Below are positions 30,546-40,273 of a stretch of DNA of 64,000 bases, piece by piece (within the stretch, counting starts at the first letter, position 1; each line of letters opens with the position of its first letter). The notes under the pieces are model-generated. The model saw only the letters and a list, made by a program, of their open reading frames with translations. It made no database searches and had not been told where the DNA came from. Origin of the DNA: an uncultured Oligoflexia bacterium (GTDB taxonomy: Bacteria > Bdellovibrionota > UBA1018 > CAYHWW01). The position numbers and the translations under genes were made by a program. The DNA lies in contig CAYYYP010000009.1 of assembly GCA_964475985.1 (NCBI GenBank), positions 14,662-78,661 of the forward strand. The letters run 5' to 3'.

Positions 30546-32273
30546 TTAGAGCTTAGCCTCGGCCACATCCAATTCAAGCCTTGGCGCTAAGGGCTGGGGC
30601 GCGCCAAGCAGGAAATTTTTACCCTCAAACTCGATAAGGCTAAGCCCCAGTTCGTCAAACCGAGCGGCAAAACTTTTTTGAAAAGCATGACCCTGCTTCC
30701 AACCATGACCACCGCTTGCGATACCTAAACCAATTTGATTTAAAATTTTCTCAGAAAAATCGGGCACCACCGGCCAAAGTCCCAGAGCCAAAGAATGAAT
30801 GCCCGCGATGATATCGGAAATCACCACGGCGAGAACTGCCTTAAGGCTCTCATCGTTCGCGGCCTGTTTCGCCAATGCCCAAGGTTTTGTTTCGTCGATG
30901 AATTTATTCAGTGACATGGAGAATGCCTGAAGGGCATTGCAATATCCCATGGTGTTAAAATCTAGAACAGACTTTTGTAGAAGCTCCCCCTCACGCCCTA
31001 AAATTTCCTGCATGCGATCCCACACTGAAGCAAGGCCTGGAAACTTAGCAAGATAAGCCACCCGCTCAGCCGAGCCCTCCGGAAAAATGCTAACTTTCCC
31101 CTGCCAATCCGGAAAATATTTATGAGTCATGCTCACCACACGGTTCACGAGGTTGCCCATATTATTTGCAAGGTCAGCGTTGCACTTCGTGACTAAGTCT
31201 TCGTCGGAGTAATTGCCATCCCCTTCAAAAACATTTGCCGAAAGCAAATACCAACGCAAACTATTGACCCCATAATCCTTCATAACTGCATCGGGGGTCA
31301 CGAGATTTCCCCGGCTTTTGCTCATCTTTTCGCCTTTGTAGTGCAGCCAACCGTGGGCCCTTACGCTCTTTGGCAAGGGCACGGGCTTACCGCCATCGCC
31401 ATGGGTAGAAAGCAACATTGCTGGCCAGTACACGCAGTGAAACCGCGTAATATCTTTGCCAATCACATGCACATCACACGGCCAAAATTTTTCAAAAAGT
31501 TTTTCATCGCTCAAATATCCCACGGCCGACAGATAATTGATAAGCGCGTCGTACCACACGTAAATCACGTGCTCCGGATCCCAAGGCACCGGCACACCAA
31601 ACTTGAAGGACGTACGGGAAACGGAAAAATCCCGAAGCCCAGATTTTACAAATTCCTTAATTTCCTGCGCTCGAGAATCGGGCTTTAAGAACCCACCCTC
31701 CAGCAAAGTTTCAATTTCCTTTTGATAAGCACTCAGTTTGAAAAAATAATTTTCTTCCGACACCAACCTTAAATTGGTTTTGTGGGTGGGGCATTGGCCA
31801 GCCAAAGCATCTTTTTCGGTATAAAAACTCTCACAAGAATCACAGTAGTGACCATCGTACTTCTGTTTGTAAATGTCGCCCTTCTCGTAGGCTCTAGTAA
31901 TAAGATTTTTACAAACCGCTACATGATCCGCATCCGAAGTACGGATGAAGCGATCAAAACTTACCTGCATCTCGGCCATGGTTTTTAAGATGTCACTTGC
32001 CATGAGGTCACAATAGCTTTGGGGGTCCATCCCTTTAGCGAGCGCCGCTTTTTCTACGTTTTGACTGTGCTCATCCAAGCCCGTGGAAAAAAATACTGGT
32101 TTTCCCAACATGCGTTGTGCCCTTGCCACCATGTCGGCAGCGAGCACCTCCCAGGCAAATCCTACATGCATACGATTGTTCGGATAGGCAATGGCGGTGG
32201 AGAGGTAAAATCCTTTTTGATCCTTTTGCATGATTCTACTATGGCATAGCCAGGTAATTCTTGCCCACAGCAA
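30546..32273 (-). CDS. metG: Methionine--tRNA ligase
   Basis: Class I aaRS with a KMSKS motif (GEKMSKSRGN), a zinc-knuckle region (YCDSCESFYTE) and a HIGH-like region (NNRMHVGF). The true start is probably an internal Met (MQKDQKGFYL...). Confidence 0.85.
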   Translation of the reverse strand: MLWARITWLCHSRIMQKDQKGFYLSTAIAYPNNRMHVGFAWEVLAADMVARAQRMLGKPVFFSTGLDEHSQNVEKAALAKGMDPQSYCDLMASDILKTMAEMQVSFDRFIRTSDADHVAVCKNLITRAYEKGDIYKQKYDGHYCDSCESFYTEKDALAGQCPTHKTNLRLVSEENYFFKLSAYQKEIETLLEGGFLKPDSRAQEIKEFVKSGLRDFSVSRTSFKFGVPVPWDPEHVIYVWYDALINYLSAVGYLSDEKLFEKFWPCDVHVIGKDITRFHCVYWPAMLLSTHGDGGKPVPLPKSVRAHGWLHYKGEKMSKSRGNLVTPDAVMKDYGVNSLRWYLLSANVFEGDGNYSDEDLVTKCNADLANNMGNLVNRVVSMTHKYFPDWQGKVSIFPEGSAERVAYLAKFPGLASVWDRMQEILGREGELLQKSVLDFNTMGYCNALQAFSMSLNKFIDETKPWALAKQAANDESLKAVLAVVISDIIAGIHSLALGLWPVVPDFSEKILNQIGLGIASGGHGWKQGHAFQKSFAARFDELGLSLIEFEGKNFLLGAPQPLAPRLELDVAEAKL

Positions 32274-32302
32274 TTTCTTAGGAAATCTACCGAAGAAAAC
32301 AC

Positions 32303-34978
32303 GTGGCCGAACCTATTTCTAACAACCTCAAAGATATGATCGAAGATTCACCCGAATTTGACCCGCGGGCACAAATTATTTTCATCCATCCTTTGACCCC
32401 GTCCTTACAAAAACTCCTGGAATCCCTGAAGAAAGATCCTAATTCGAATCTCATCGAAGCGGGCAGCGCCATGGAAGCGATGCAAATCGCTCAGATGTAT
32501 AAACCGTGTATCCTAACGGGCAGCATGACCCAGGATTCTGACATTGTAAAAATGTTCACTTTATTTGCGGGCCTCAAATCCGACATCAAAAACAATCACA
32601 TCAAAACAATGTTGTTATCCGCGGTAAAGGATACTCGCATCGTTAGAAAATTTTCCGACTTAGGCTGCACAGATTACATTTTTGAACCGGTTCCCATTCG
32701 GCAGCTCCTCCATAAATTCAGCCTGCAAATCCGCGCAAACCGGGCGGCCCGCAAACAGCGCAATAACAAAGACATTGATTTAAAACGATTGGACCAAAAG
32801 CAATTCCAACGCAACAATCTTAACCAGGAAAATGCGGCGAATTTACGAGAACTTGCCGCCAATGAAGTAGAACAGGATTGCTGGATTACCCGGGGAAAAC
32901 CGAGGCTAATCGACGGAACCTGGAACGTGTCCATGATTGGTCCGCCCACCCATGAAGGAAGGTGGGAAAGGCATAACGATCAGATCTGGAAGTACGTGCC
33001 AAGTGATCCTAAAAGTCTTGGGCCCGAAAAGGGAAATTGGTATTTCTCAGGCCAAAAGCCAAGTTACTCAAGGCTTGAATGGCTTTTCAAGAGTGACGCA
33101 CCAAAACTCTACTTCCAGGACGCAAAAGGAAAAATTCTATTTTATAAGCTTAATCTTGCCGCTGACGAAAAACTGGAAATGGCTAAGGACTCAGCCATTG
33201 CCCAGCAACGATTGGCCGAAGAAAAAAGGCAAATTGAAGAGCTGGCAAATTCGGCTGAACCAGAATCGTCGCCAAATAAAAATAAAAAAGAAACATTGAG
33301 TCCTGACGAACACGTTTCAAATTCTAGCGATTCGGAAAAGGAAACGCCAGAGGATGAAACGGGGGAATCGAGCGATTCCGAATCCAATAATTTACAATAT
33401 AAAAGTCTAAAGACAGAAAGCCAGGATAAGGCTAGTGCCCGTAAAAAAAGGAATCTAATTGAGGTCCCCCCGGGGGCCGAAGTAGATTCACCGGAAGCAA
33501 ACGAAGATAACCCCGAAGAAAAAGCGCTAAAAAGAAAACGAGCAAGTACGATTGTGGTGCCACCCGGCAAAGATCAGCCAAAGGCACCGGCCACCACAAG
33601 CCAAAGTCCAACTAATGACCCCTTAACTTCAAAAACTCAATCTCCCAAATCTGCCGAAGAAGAACCAACGCAAAGGCCCATGGTACCTCCCGGCCAAATT
33701 GCCAAAAATTCCTCTTCCAAGAAAACAGCCGCCCATAATGAAAAAGAAAACTCAGGCCCATCCAATGTTCCTAAATCTAATGATCCCACCGCAAATTCTA
33801 GTTCCGGGCCTAACCAAACTCCTGCCAAATTTTCAAAAAAGGACCGCGCTGTTAGAGCGGATGGTGATTCACTTCAGGATCAGGAACCTGACCCTGAAAA
33901 GCAAAGGAGAGGCTTAGACCAAAGAAACTTTTTGCAAAAAAAGGATTCAGAGAAAGGTCCAAACCCGGGAAACACTCGGCCTAAGGTCAACGATCAGCCC
34001 ACCTTAAACAGAAAAAACTCCGAAGAAAATGGCGATGAGAACCAGCCTCTGAAGTCAAAAAATTTCCTAAAGAAAAAAAGTATCGAGGAAAAAAACCAAA
34101 GCCACTCTGAAGATGCCACCAACGCGAGTTCTAGGGAAAATAAGGGCCAAGGCCCAAGCACCGACCCTAACGCATCGAAGGTAAGGCAGCCAAGCGCAAA
34201 CCATCTCGAAAGAAAAGCGAATGGTTCCGGACCTGATGTCGCCGGTGCATCCCGGAAGCAAAACGAAACGATCAAAAAAAATCTGGCGGACAATAACGGT
34301 AATCCAGAAAACACGCCCAACCCAAATAAAGCCGCTGCAAAGCAAGCCCCAAAAAGGAAAACTAGAGAGGCCTCGGAGGGCTCTCCAACTATTGGAGAAA
34401 CTGAAGGATCAGCCGGTGACAACTTTCAAGCAGACGATGAGGATTCGCCGCTAACCCCCGAAGAAACCTCACCGGTCTCGACCGATTTATTATCAAAAGA
34501 CGAGCAGACTCTACTGACCAAAGAAGATTTCTCCGTTGAATTTGATCCCAGTGCAGCGGAACCGTTAAATGCATCCGAAACCTTACCCCCCTTAGTTTTG
34601 CTTATGAAAATCACCGATTTATTAACTCAGCGAAATCTCCCGCTGGAGCAGCTCACCGAAAAAATCTTCAAAATCCTTTTTCAGGAACTGAAAAAAATTT
34701 ATCGCAGCCCTAAACTTTTTTTATTGCAAGCAGACTCTACTCTACAATTGGCATTTCCACCCTCCCCTGCTTTAACCCCCGGACGCCCCGTGGCATTGAG
34801 TGCAATCCATAAAATTTTCCCCCTCTCGGTATCCGATAAGTCTTCGGGCTTCCTGTGCCTAGAACTGAATGGCCCCCAAATGGATCCAGCGGAACTTGCA
34901 AAATACCGCGTGGTAGCACTGGGCCTGTTATCATTAATGCAATGCCTCACGGTCAAAAACCCGGCAAAAGCTGCCTAA
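32303..34978 (+). CDS. Hypothetical protein: receiver-like N-terminal domain, ~550-aa K/E/S/P/N-rich disordered region, and a structured C-terminal domain
   Basis: GTG start in the ORF track. The N-terminal ~130 aa has receiver-fold-like alternation but no clear phospho-acceptor Asp. A long low-complexity middle follows, then a C-terminal ~180-aa hydrophobic/structured region. It lies immediately upstream of the HD-GYP gene. Confidence 0.5.
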   Translation: MAEPISNNLKDMIEDSPEFDPRAQIIFIHPLTPSLQKLLESLKKDPNSNLIEAGSAMEAMQIAQMYKPCILTGSMTQDSDIVKMFTLFAGLKSDIKNNHIKTMLLSAVKDTRIVRKFSDLGCTDYIFEPVPIRQLLHKFSLQIRANRAARKQRNNKDIDLKRLDQKQFQRNNLNQENAANLRELAANEVEQDCWITRGKPRLIDGTWNVSMIGPPTHEGRWERHNDQIWKYVPSDPKSLGPEKGNWYFSGQKPSYSRLEWLFKSDAPKLYFQDAKGKILFYKLNLAADEKLEMAKDSAIAQQRLAEEKRQIEELANSAEPESSPNKNKKETLSPDEHVSNSSDSEKETPEDETGESSDSESNNLQYKSLKTESQDKASARKKRNLIEVPPGAEVDSPEANEDNPEEKALKRKRASTIVVPPGKDQPKAPATTSQSPTNDPLTSKTQSPKSAEEEPTQRPMVPPGQIAKNSSSKKTAAHNEKENSGPSNVPKSNDPTANSSSGPNQTPAKFSKKDRAVRADGDSLQDQEPDPEKQRRGLDQRNFLQKKDSEKGPNPGNTRPKVNDQPTLNRKNSEENGDENQPLKSKNFLKKKSIEEKNQSHSEDATNASSRENKGQGPSTDPNASKVRQPSANHLERKANGSGPDVAGASRKQNETIKKNLADNNGNPENTPNPNKAAAKQAPKRKTREASEGSPTIGETEGSAGDNFQADDEDSPLTPEETSPVSTDLLSKDEQTLLTKEDFSVEFDPSAAEPLNASETLPPLVLLMKITDLLTQRNLPLEQLTEKIFKILFQELKKIYRSPKLFLLQADSTLQLAFPPSPALTPGRPVALSAIHKIFPLSVSDKSSGFLCLELNGPQMDPAELAKYRVVALGLLSLMQCLTVKNPAKAA

Positions 34979-35025
34979 TTTTCGGCAAAAATTAGCGCTT
35001 ATCTTCGCGTAAACGCAATCTGCTT

Positions 35026-36405
35026 TTGCTCGTCCAGACTTTTGTCGATGAAACCACTGAGGTGCTATCTCAGGTGGCAAAAGTCGGGAATTTAAAACTC
35101 TATTTGGAAATCGACATCGACGAGTTGCGGGAAGGCGAGACCATTCCGTTTTCGTTGCATTTTCATTTGCCATTAAATGACCGAGTGGTGTGCCTCAAAC
35201 GTCGAAACTCCCTCATTGAACCAGGATTCATCCAGAAGTTTAAACAAAAAGGTTTTACATCCTTATTGATTCAAGAAACGGATGAAGAAATCCTAAAAGA
35301 ATATTTAGTCAATGCGGATGCCGCGGCCATAAACTCCGATGCAGCAAATGCAGATGCCCCGACTGCCACCGCAGACGGATTCAACGCAGCGGCTCCGGAT
35401 TTGCTTACCGCTTCCCTGGATATTCTCGGTAAACGCAGCGAAAACTCTGAAGACCTCCTTCACCTACCAAAAGTAGAAGTTCCAGAACTTGAAAAACAAA
35501 TTGTTACCGACGAAGCAGAACTTCCAACGCTCACGCCAGAAGTGACCCTGCCCTTAAGTTCAATTTATGAACCGGAACCACAGCCCGCCGCCGGTGTGAA
35601 CGCCGATCTTGACCTGTCGGCCGAGCAAGCATCACGTCTCAAACAAGCTCTGCAAGGGATGAGTGCCCCGAACACGCAGACCCGCGGTAAATCACTTAAG
35701 GAACTTAAGTCCCTCGCCAAGGAAGTGATCCTCGCCGACGAACGCCCGAGCAGTATATTTAGCCAGCTTTGGCAGGAAGTCGTAGATGCCGATGAAGCCG
35801 GTCACTGCGGAAATGTAGCAACCTTTAGTGTCCTTTTTTCCATGGCCCTAGGCCACCGGGACCGCGAAATTTTAAAAGACGTAGCTTTTGCCGGACTAGT
35901 CCACGATATTGGATTAACGCAGGTGGACAGGAATGTGGTTTTAGCCCCATCAAAAGAAAATGCCTCCCCTGCCCTGCAAGCACACGTTTCCCAAACTTTA
36001 TTTTTGTTAACGCAGCTTGCTATAACTCCGCCGCCACGGTCTGTAACTTTTATTTTACAGCATCATGAAAAATTCGACGGAACGGGATACCCTAAGAAGG
36101 TCAAAAATTGGGATATCCAAGAGCTCTCCCAATCCCTAAGCATGGCCGATCTTTTTGATGACATGTTCCATGGCGGCTTTGACGGTAAAGAACGCACCAT
36201 AACTGAAGCCTTCCGAGATCTGATGATTCTGGAGAAAAGTAAAATTTTTCCTCAACATTACAATCCTGATCTTTTTGTTCGTTTAGTCCAGTGGATTCAG
36301 AACCAGACCCAAGAATTAGTCCTTGATGAAGCACTGAATATCATTGAAGAAAGCTTAGCCGGAACAATAGTAAAGCAATTTAATCCGGAGAAAAAAGCCG
36401 CCTAA
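35026..36405 (+). CDS. HD-GYP domain c-di-GMP phosphodiesterase with an uncharacterised N-terminal domain
   Basis: HD motif (AGLVHDIGL) and the HHEKFDGTGYP signature of HD-GYP. Confidence 0.85.
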   Translation: MLVQTFVDETTEVLSQVAKVGNLKLYLEIDIDELREGETIPFSLHFHLPLNDRVVCLKRRNSLIEPGFIQKFKQKGFTSLLIQETDEEILKEYLVNADAAAINSDAANADAPTATADGFNAAAPDLLTASLDILGKRSENSEDLLHLPKVEVPELEKQIVTDEAELPTLTPEVTLPLSSIYEPEPQPAAGVNADLDLSAEQASRLKQALQGMSAPNTQTRGKSLKELKSLAKEVILADERPSSIFSQLWQEVVDADEAGHCGNVATFSVLFSMALGHRDREILKDVAFAGLVHDIGLTQVDRNVVLAPSKENASPALQAHVSQTLFLLTQLAITPPPRSVTFILQHHEKFDGTGYPKKVKNWDIQELSQSLSMADLFDDMFHGGFDGKERTITEAFRDLMILEKSKIFPQHYNPDLFVRLVQWIQNQTQELVLDEALNIIEESLAGTIVKQFNPEKKAA

Positions 36406-36512
36406 AATTATTTTACGCTTCGCAACAAAAACCGTGCGCGTCTGCCTTGCTGTGATAAGACTTTCCACATCGATTCCTCCTTAAGTTGCGTAAAAAAAGA
36501 TTGGAATCGGTG

Positions 36513-36551
36513 AAAAAGCACCCCGCAAAATCTGCGGGGTGCTTTTTTTTT
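36513..36551. terminator. Bidirectional Rho-independent terminator between convergent genes
   Basis: aaaaagcaccccgcaaaatctgcggggtgcttttttttt, a GC stem flanked by an A-run and a T-run. Confidence 0.85.
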
Positions 36552-36562
36552 AGGTTTTGTCC

Positions 36563-37099
36563 TTAAGTACCATTTGGATCACAAGCGATACCTTGGCGAG
36601 TGAGGGCCTCGCAAACGGCTTGCTTAATGTATTGTTCATTGCGGCTCTGGGCATCCCGGTCAATGCATTCCAAATTATTCACCATGAGATCAAGCATGCT
36701 GAGCGCGACGTGCCCACCCTGTAAAGTGATCGCTAACGGCGTAGCGATCCCACTGCAGATCAAACCAATCTGGGCAATACCGGCCGTGATGTGAATCACC
36801 GTCAACGATGCTTGGAGCACTTGCTTGTCGGTACACGACAAAGTTTTTGATTGCTCAATGGCCGCATCCACCGGGTCTTGAGAATACTGGTCTTGAGTCA
36901 TCCAGTGACTAATGCCACCTCCTTGCTCGCACTCCTGCACTCGGCTTACGGAAAATGTCGCGCTTCCGGGCCCTGGATACACATCACCTACGGAAATGTC
37001 AGCGTTTGCTGTAGGGCTTAGAAGACAGGTGCCAAAAATGAGGACACCTACAACGGATATCAGACTCACCATTTTTAATTTTTTACGATCTTCGCTCAT
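36563..37099 (-). CDS. Small Cys-containing secreted hypothetical protein
   Basis: Signal-like segment (MVSLISVVGVLIFGTCLLSPTANA), 8 Cys and an AAGGAG RBS. A nested hairpin lies in the 5' UTR. Confidence 0.5.
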   Translation of the reverse strand: MSEDRKKLKMVSLISVVGVLIFGTCLLSPTANADISVGDVYPGPGSATFSVSRVQECEQGGGISHWMTQDQYSQDPVDAAIEQSKTLSCTDKQVLQASLTVIHITAGIAQIGLICSGIATPLAITLQGGHVALSMLDLMVNNLECIDRDAQSRNEQYIKQAVCEALTRQGIACDPNGT

Positions 37100-37220
37100 G
37101 ACTGATTGCTCTCCTTTATTAAGGGGCAGTTAAGGGTAAGCGTCACCTCACCCTCACTGCCCTTGGCTTTTGAAAAGGCCAAGTGAGCAACTTCAATGCC
37201 ACGAACTTTAAACCTGAGTT

Positions 37221-38831
37221 CTACTCGTAAATGCTTTCTGATTTTATGGTTTGTGTCTCATCGGCTTTGCCATAGGGAACTTTAAATTTCTGAATGAGCG
37301 CATCCTCGCGTTTGATCTCCGGCGACTTCTCAACTCCCGCAGGATAATGGATGCTGCATTCCGGCGCAGAAATTTCCTTTAAAAAACGTGAGGGGTCCGG
37401 CGTCACTACTACCGCACTCATGCTTTCATCCAAATTCGTTTGAGGAAAATGTCGCCGAACGGCCGCTTGTACCTCCTGAAACTTCAGCTTGCGAATTTTA
37501 CTCTGAAGGCGGGAAAGATTTTTTGCGGGCAAACCATAAAAAACAGAATCCATTTCAAATCCCAAATTTCGATCTAGCCCTAAAGCCAGAAGCGGAACGG
37601 CTCCCACTAAATGCTTTTGCGTATCTTTGAACTCTTGAGGCGTCAGACCTTGTTTAGAAAAACTCTCAACCTCACCAAAAACTTGCCTAAAAGCAAAACA
37701 TGCATTTTCAAGGGAGGTCGGCCTTACCCAAACGGTAAACGCCTGTTTGCGCCTAGCCACATGGACAGGAGTGATAAGGTGCGTTCCGCCGTCCGGAAGT
37801 TCTTCAATGTAAGAATAGGTTCCATAGTTTAGGCCTCGCTCTTCCCGTACCACTTGCATGAGCCTACCCACAAAAACCCGGTGTTTGCCTAAACCTTGGC
37901 TTGCCAGATAAAGCGCCGGGAAATCCGGATGCCCGCGCGTAACTGAAATCGGCATGCCAAAGTGCATGCCTACAGCTTCAAACGGACCCTCCACCAATTG
38001 CATTTTTACGGCGGGAGCCTTCTTTGCGACGCTGGTCTCGACCCTTGACTCCGGAACCGATTTTTTTGGGTGCTGAGATTTGATGATGGCAATCTGTTCA
38101 ATCAAGTTTTTTAGTTTGCCTTCAGATTCCGCATTCAAATTACCAGCGACACCCACGACTAACTTTGCCGATAAAAAACTGTTTAGATAATATTCCTGAA
38201 TGCGATCCAATTTCAAATGAGCTACAGCTTTGGCCCGGCCAAAAGTTGAGTGTCCGTAACCACGCCATTCAGGGGTCGCGGCATTCATGGCCATTAAATT
38301 TTCTAACGCCTGCTTGCCCAGCTCTTCCTGGTCCTCCCGGGGCGCCCTTCGCTCAAGGTCTTCCGTAAGCTCGGTTTTGAGCCGCTCAAACTCTTGCGGA
38401 TCAAAGGCTGGAGCCAGCATAATTTGGGAAAGCACGCCTATAATTTCTGAGCAGTGGGAAGTTTCGCAAATTAACTTTAATGTGGTTTGATCTCTCCTCA
38501 CCGAAACTTGTACGTCGGCTGCCAGGGGATAAAAATATTCTTCAATGGCGTGGCGCCCCCTTGCCGGAAGTTTTTCCTTACCTAAACTTAATTCCTTAAC
38601 CCCACCTTCACGAAGCAAGGCCGCCATTAAAAAGGTAATTCCTTCTTCACCCTGGGGATCGGCCGCGGAACCCGTCTCAAACGTGAGGTGTACGGCAGCT
38701 AGCGGAAGTTGTTTGGTAGGAAGCCTTACCCACTGAATGTCCGTAGCAAAAACGGCAGTGCTGAAAAAACTCAGGAATAGAATATTAAGCTTCACGAAGG
38801 TCCCCATAGTTTTCATTTTATTCATTTTCAT
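37221..38831 (-). CDS. M16-family peptidase-like protein lacking the HxxEH motif (probable non-catalytic partner)
   Basis: Signal peptide and M16 fold-like length and architecture, but no HxxEH. It overlaps the upstream M16 gene by 4 bp. Confidence 0.75.
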   Translation of the reverse strand: MKMNKMKTMGTFVKLNILFLSFFSTAVFATDIQWVRLPTKQLPLAAVHLTFETGSAADPQGEEGITFLMAALLREGGVKELSLGKEKLPARGRHAIEEYFYPLAADVQVSVRRDQTTLKLICETSHCSEIIGVLSQIMLAPAFDPQEFERLKTELTEDLERRAPREDQEELGKQALENLMAMNAATPEWRGYGHSTFGRAKAVAHLKLDRIQEYYLNSFLSAKLVVGVAGNLNAESEGKLKNLIEQIAIIKSQHPKKSVPESRVETSVAKKAPAVKMQLVEGPFEAVGMHFGMPISVTRGHPDFPALYLASQGLGKHRVFVGRLMQVVREERGLNYGTYSYIEELPDGGTHLITPVHVARRKQAFTVWVRPTSLENACFAFRQVFGEVESFSKQGLTPQEFKDTQKHLVGAVPLLALGLDRNLGFEMDSVFYGLPAKNLSRLQSKIRKLKFQEVQAAVRRHFPQTNLDESMSAVVVTPDPSRFLKEISAPECSIHYPAGVEKSPEIKREDALIQKFKVPYGKADETQTIKSESIYE

Positions 38832-40228
38832 TGCCCCACCAATTCCACAATGGTTCGGCCTTCTGGCTTAAGGTAAGTGTTCGCGAACTGCACGACGTCA
38901 CCTTTAGTTAATAAACTTATCTTATTTAGTGCACGATCCAATACACCTAAGTCCCGCTCAAATGTAACAAACCAGGCGATCTGGCCAGCCAAACGATCGG
39001 GCGCCGAAAACCACCCTACTTTGGCGTAATTCAAAATTCTTTCCTTGGTGCGCCTTAACCGACCTTCATCTACCTTACCTTGGCGAAGGTCCTCAAAGGC
39101 CTCGAGAATTCCATTTTGAATTTCCTCCATATGGCCTTCGCCTTTTTTAGACAGCCTGACCTGTATGACCCAAAGATCAGGATCCACCGTTTCACGATGC
39201 CCAGAATCCACGGAGTCGATCCACTGTTTTTCAAACCGAAACTTCTGTTGAAAAGGGCTGGTTTCGGAAAAAAGCATCTCAGAAAGCACATCCATCACGG
39301 CCCCCTCCGGGCGGCTGGTACGAAACTCCGGCACCTTAAAACCCACGGCAAAACGCTGGGCTGTGAGTTTCTCTAGTTCCACCTTGGCTTTGAGCGGACC
39401 TTTTTGTTCAGGCTCCTTTGGTGAATCCTCAATCTTCGTTGCAGGCTCTTTCCAATTTCCAAAATATTTTTTGACTAGGCTTAAGCTTTTTTCAAAATCC
39501 ACATCCCCCACCAGCACGATGGAAGTATTAGATGGCCGGTAAAACTTCTTAAAGAAGGGCCACACATCTTTGTAGCGATTAGGGAATTCTAAAATGTCGG
39601 CTTTATATCCCATGGTCGTATGCCCATAGGGGTGATTATGAAAGGCCGTTTGCCGAATCATTTCCTCCAGTTGAAACTCCGGCTGAGCTACATCCTTGTG
39701 ATACTCACCTAGAACGGCGCCCGCTTCATCCTTCAGAAGTTTCTCTGAGAAAAACAAATTCTGAAATCGGTCGCCCTCGATCTCGAGCACCTTATCCAAA
39801 TAAATTTTAGCTACCGTTCCATGATAATTCGTAACATCGTAGGACGTCCAAGCGCTTTCTTCACTTCCAATAAGAACGAAGTCGCGCTTGAGCTGCACGT
39901 GGGTGCGTTTTTTTGTACCCCGGAACATGAGATGCTCAAAAAAGTGCGCAAATCCCGTTTTTCCTTTTTCCGTTTCGTTGCGGGAACCCACCCGGACGGG
40001 GATTTCGTAAGCAATCACGCCTGGAGAGGGGTATTTGACCATGTAAACTCGAAGGCCGTTGGCAAGAACTTCCTCCCTATGCGGAAGGGACAATATGCGC
40101 GCGGCAAGAGCGTCCGGGGTGAAAATGAACGCTAAGGCAATCTGGAATTTAAGCAGAAAAAAAACTAAATTTTTATTAAACTTAAAGAACCCACTGATCA
40201 GCCGAGTTTGAAGTTTTTGAAGCATCAT
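38828..40228 (-). CDS. M16-family zinc metallopeptidase (pitrilysin/insulinase-like)
   Basis: Inverted zinc-binding motif HFFEHLMFRGT and an N-terminal signal/TM segment. Confidence 0.88.
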   Translation of the reverse strand: MMLQKLQTRLISGFFKFNKNLVFFLLKFQIALAFIFTPDALAARILSLPHREEVLANGLRVYMVKYPSPGVIAYEIPVRVGSRNETEKGKTGFAHFFEHLMFRGTKKRTHVQLKRDFVLIGSEESAWTSYDVTNYHGTVAKIYLDKVLEIEGDRFQNLFFSEKLLKDEAGAVLGEYHKDVAQPEFQLEEMIRQTAFHNHPYGHTTMGYKADILEFPNRYKDVWPFFKKFYRPSNTSIVLVGDVDFEKSLSLVKKYFGNWKEPATKIEDSPKEPEQKGPLKAKVELEKLTAQRFAVGFKVPEFRTSRPEGAVMDVLSEMLFSETSPFQQKFRFEKQWIDSVDSGHRETVDPDLWVIQVRLSKKGEGHMEEIQNGILEAFEDLRQGKVDEGRLRRTKERILNYAKVGWFSAPDRLAGQIAWFVTFERDLGVLDRALNKISLLTKGDVVQFANTYLKPEGRTIVELVGQ

Positions 40229-40273
40229 GATGCTGATTAAAGCACAGAATTTTTTGCCTAGCCAAAGAACTTC

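Noticed and set aside
33142-34614. Long antisense ORFs (up to 142 aa) opposite the low-complexity protein gene
   Set aside because: They are low-complexity mirror ORFs produced by the K/E/S-rich repetitive coding region on the plus strand.
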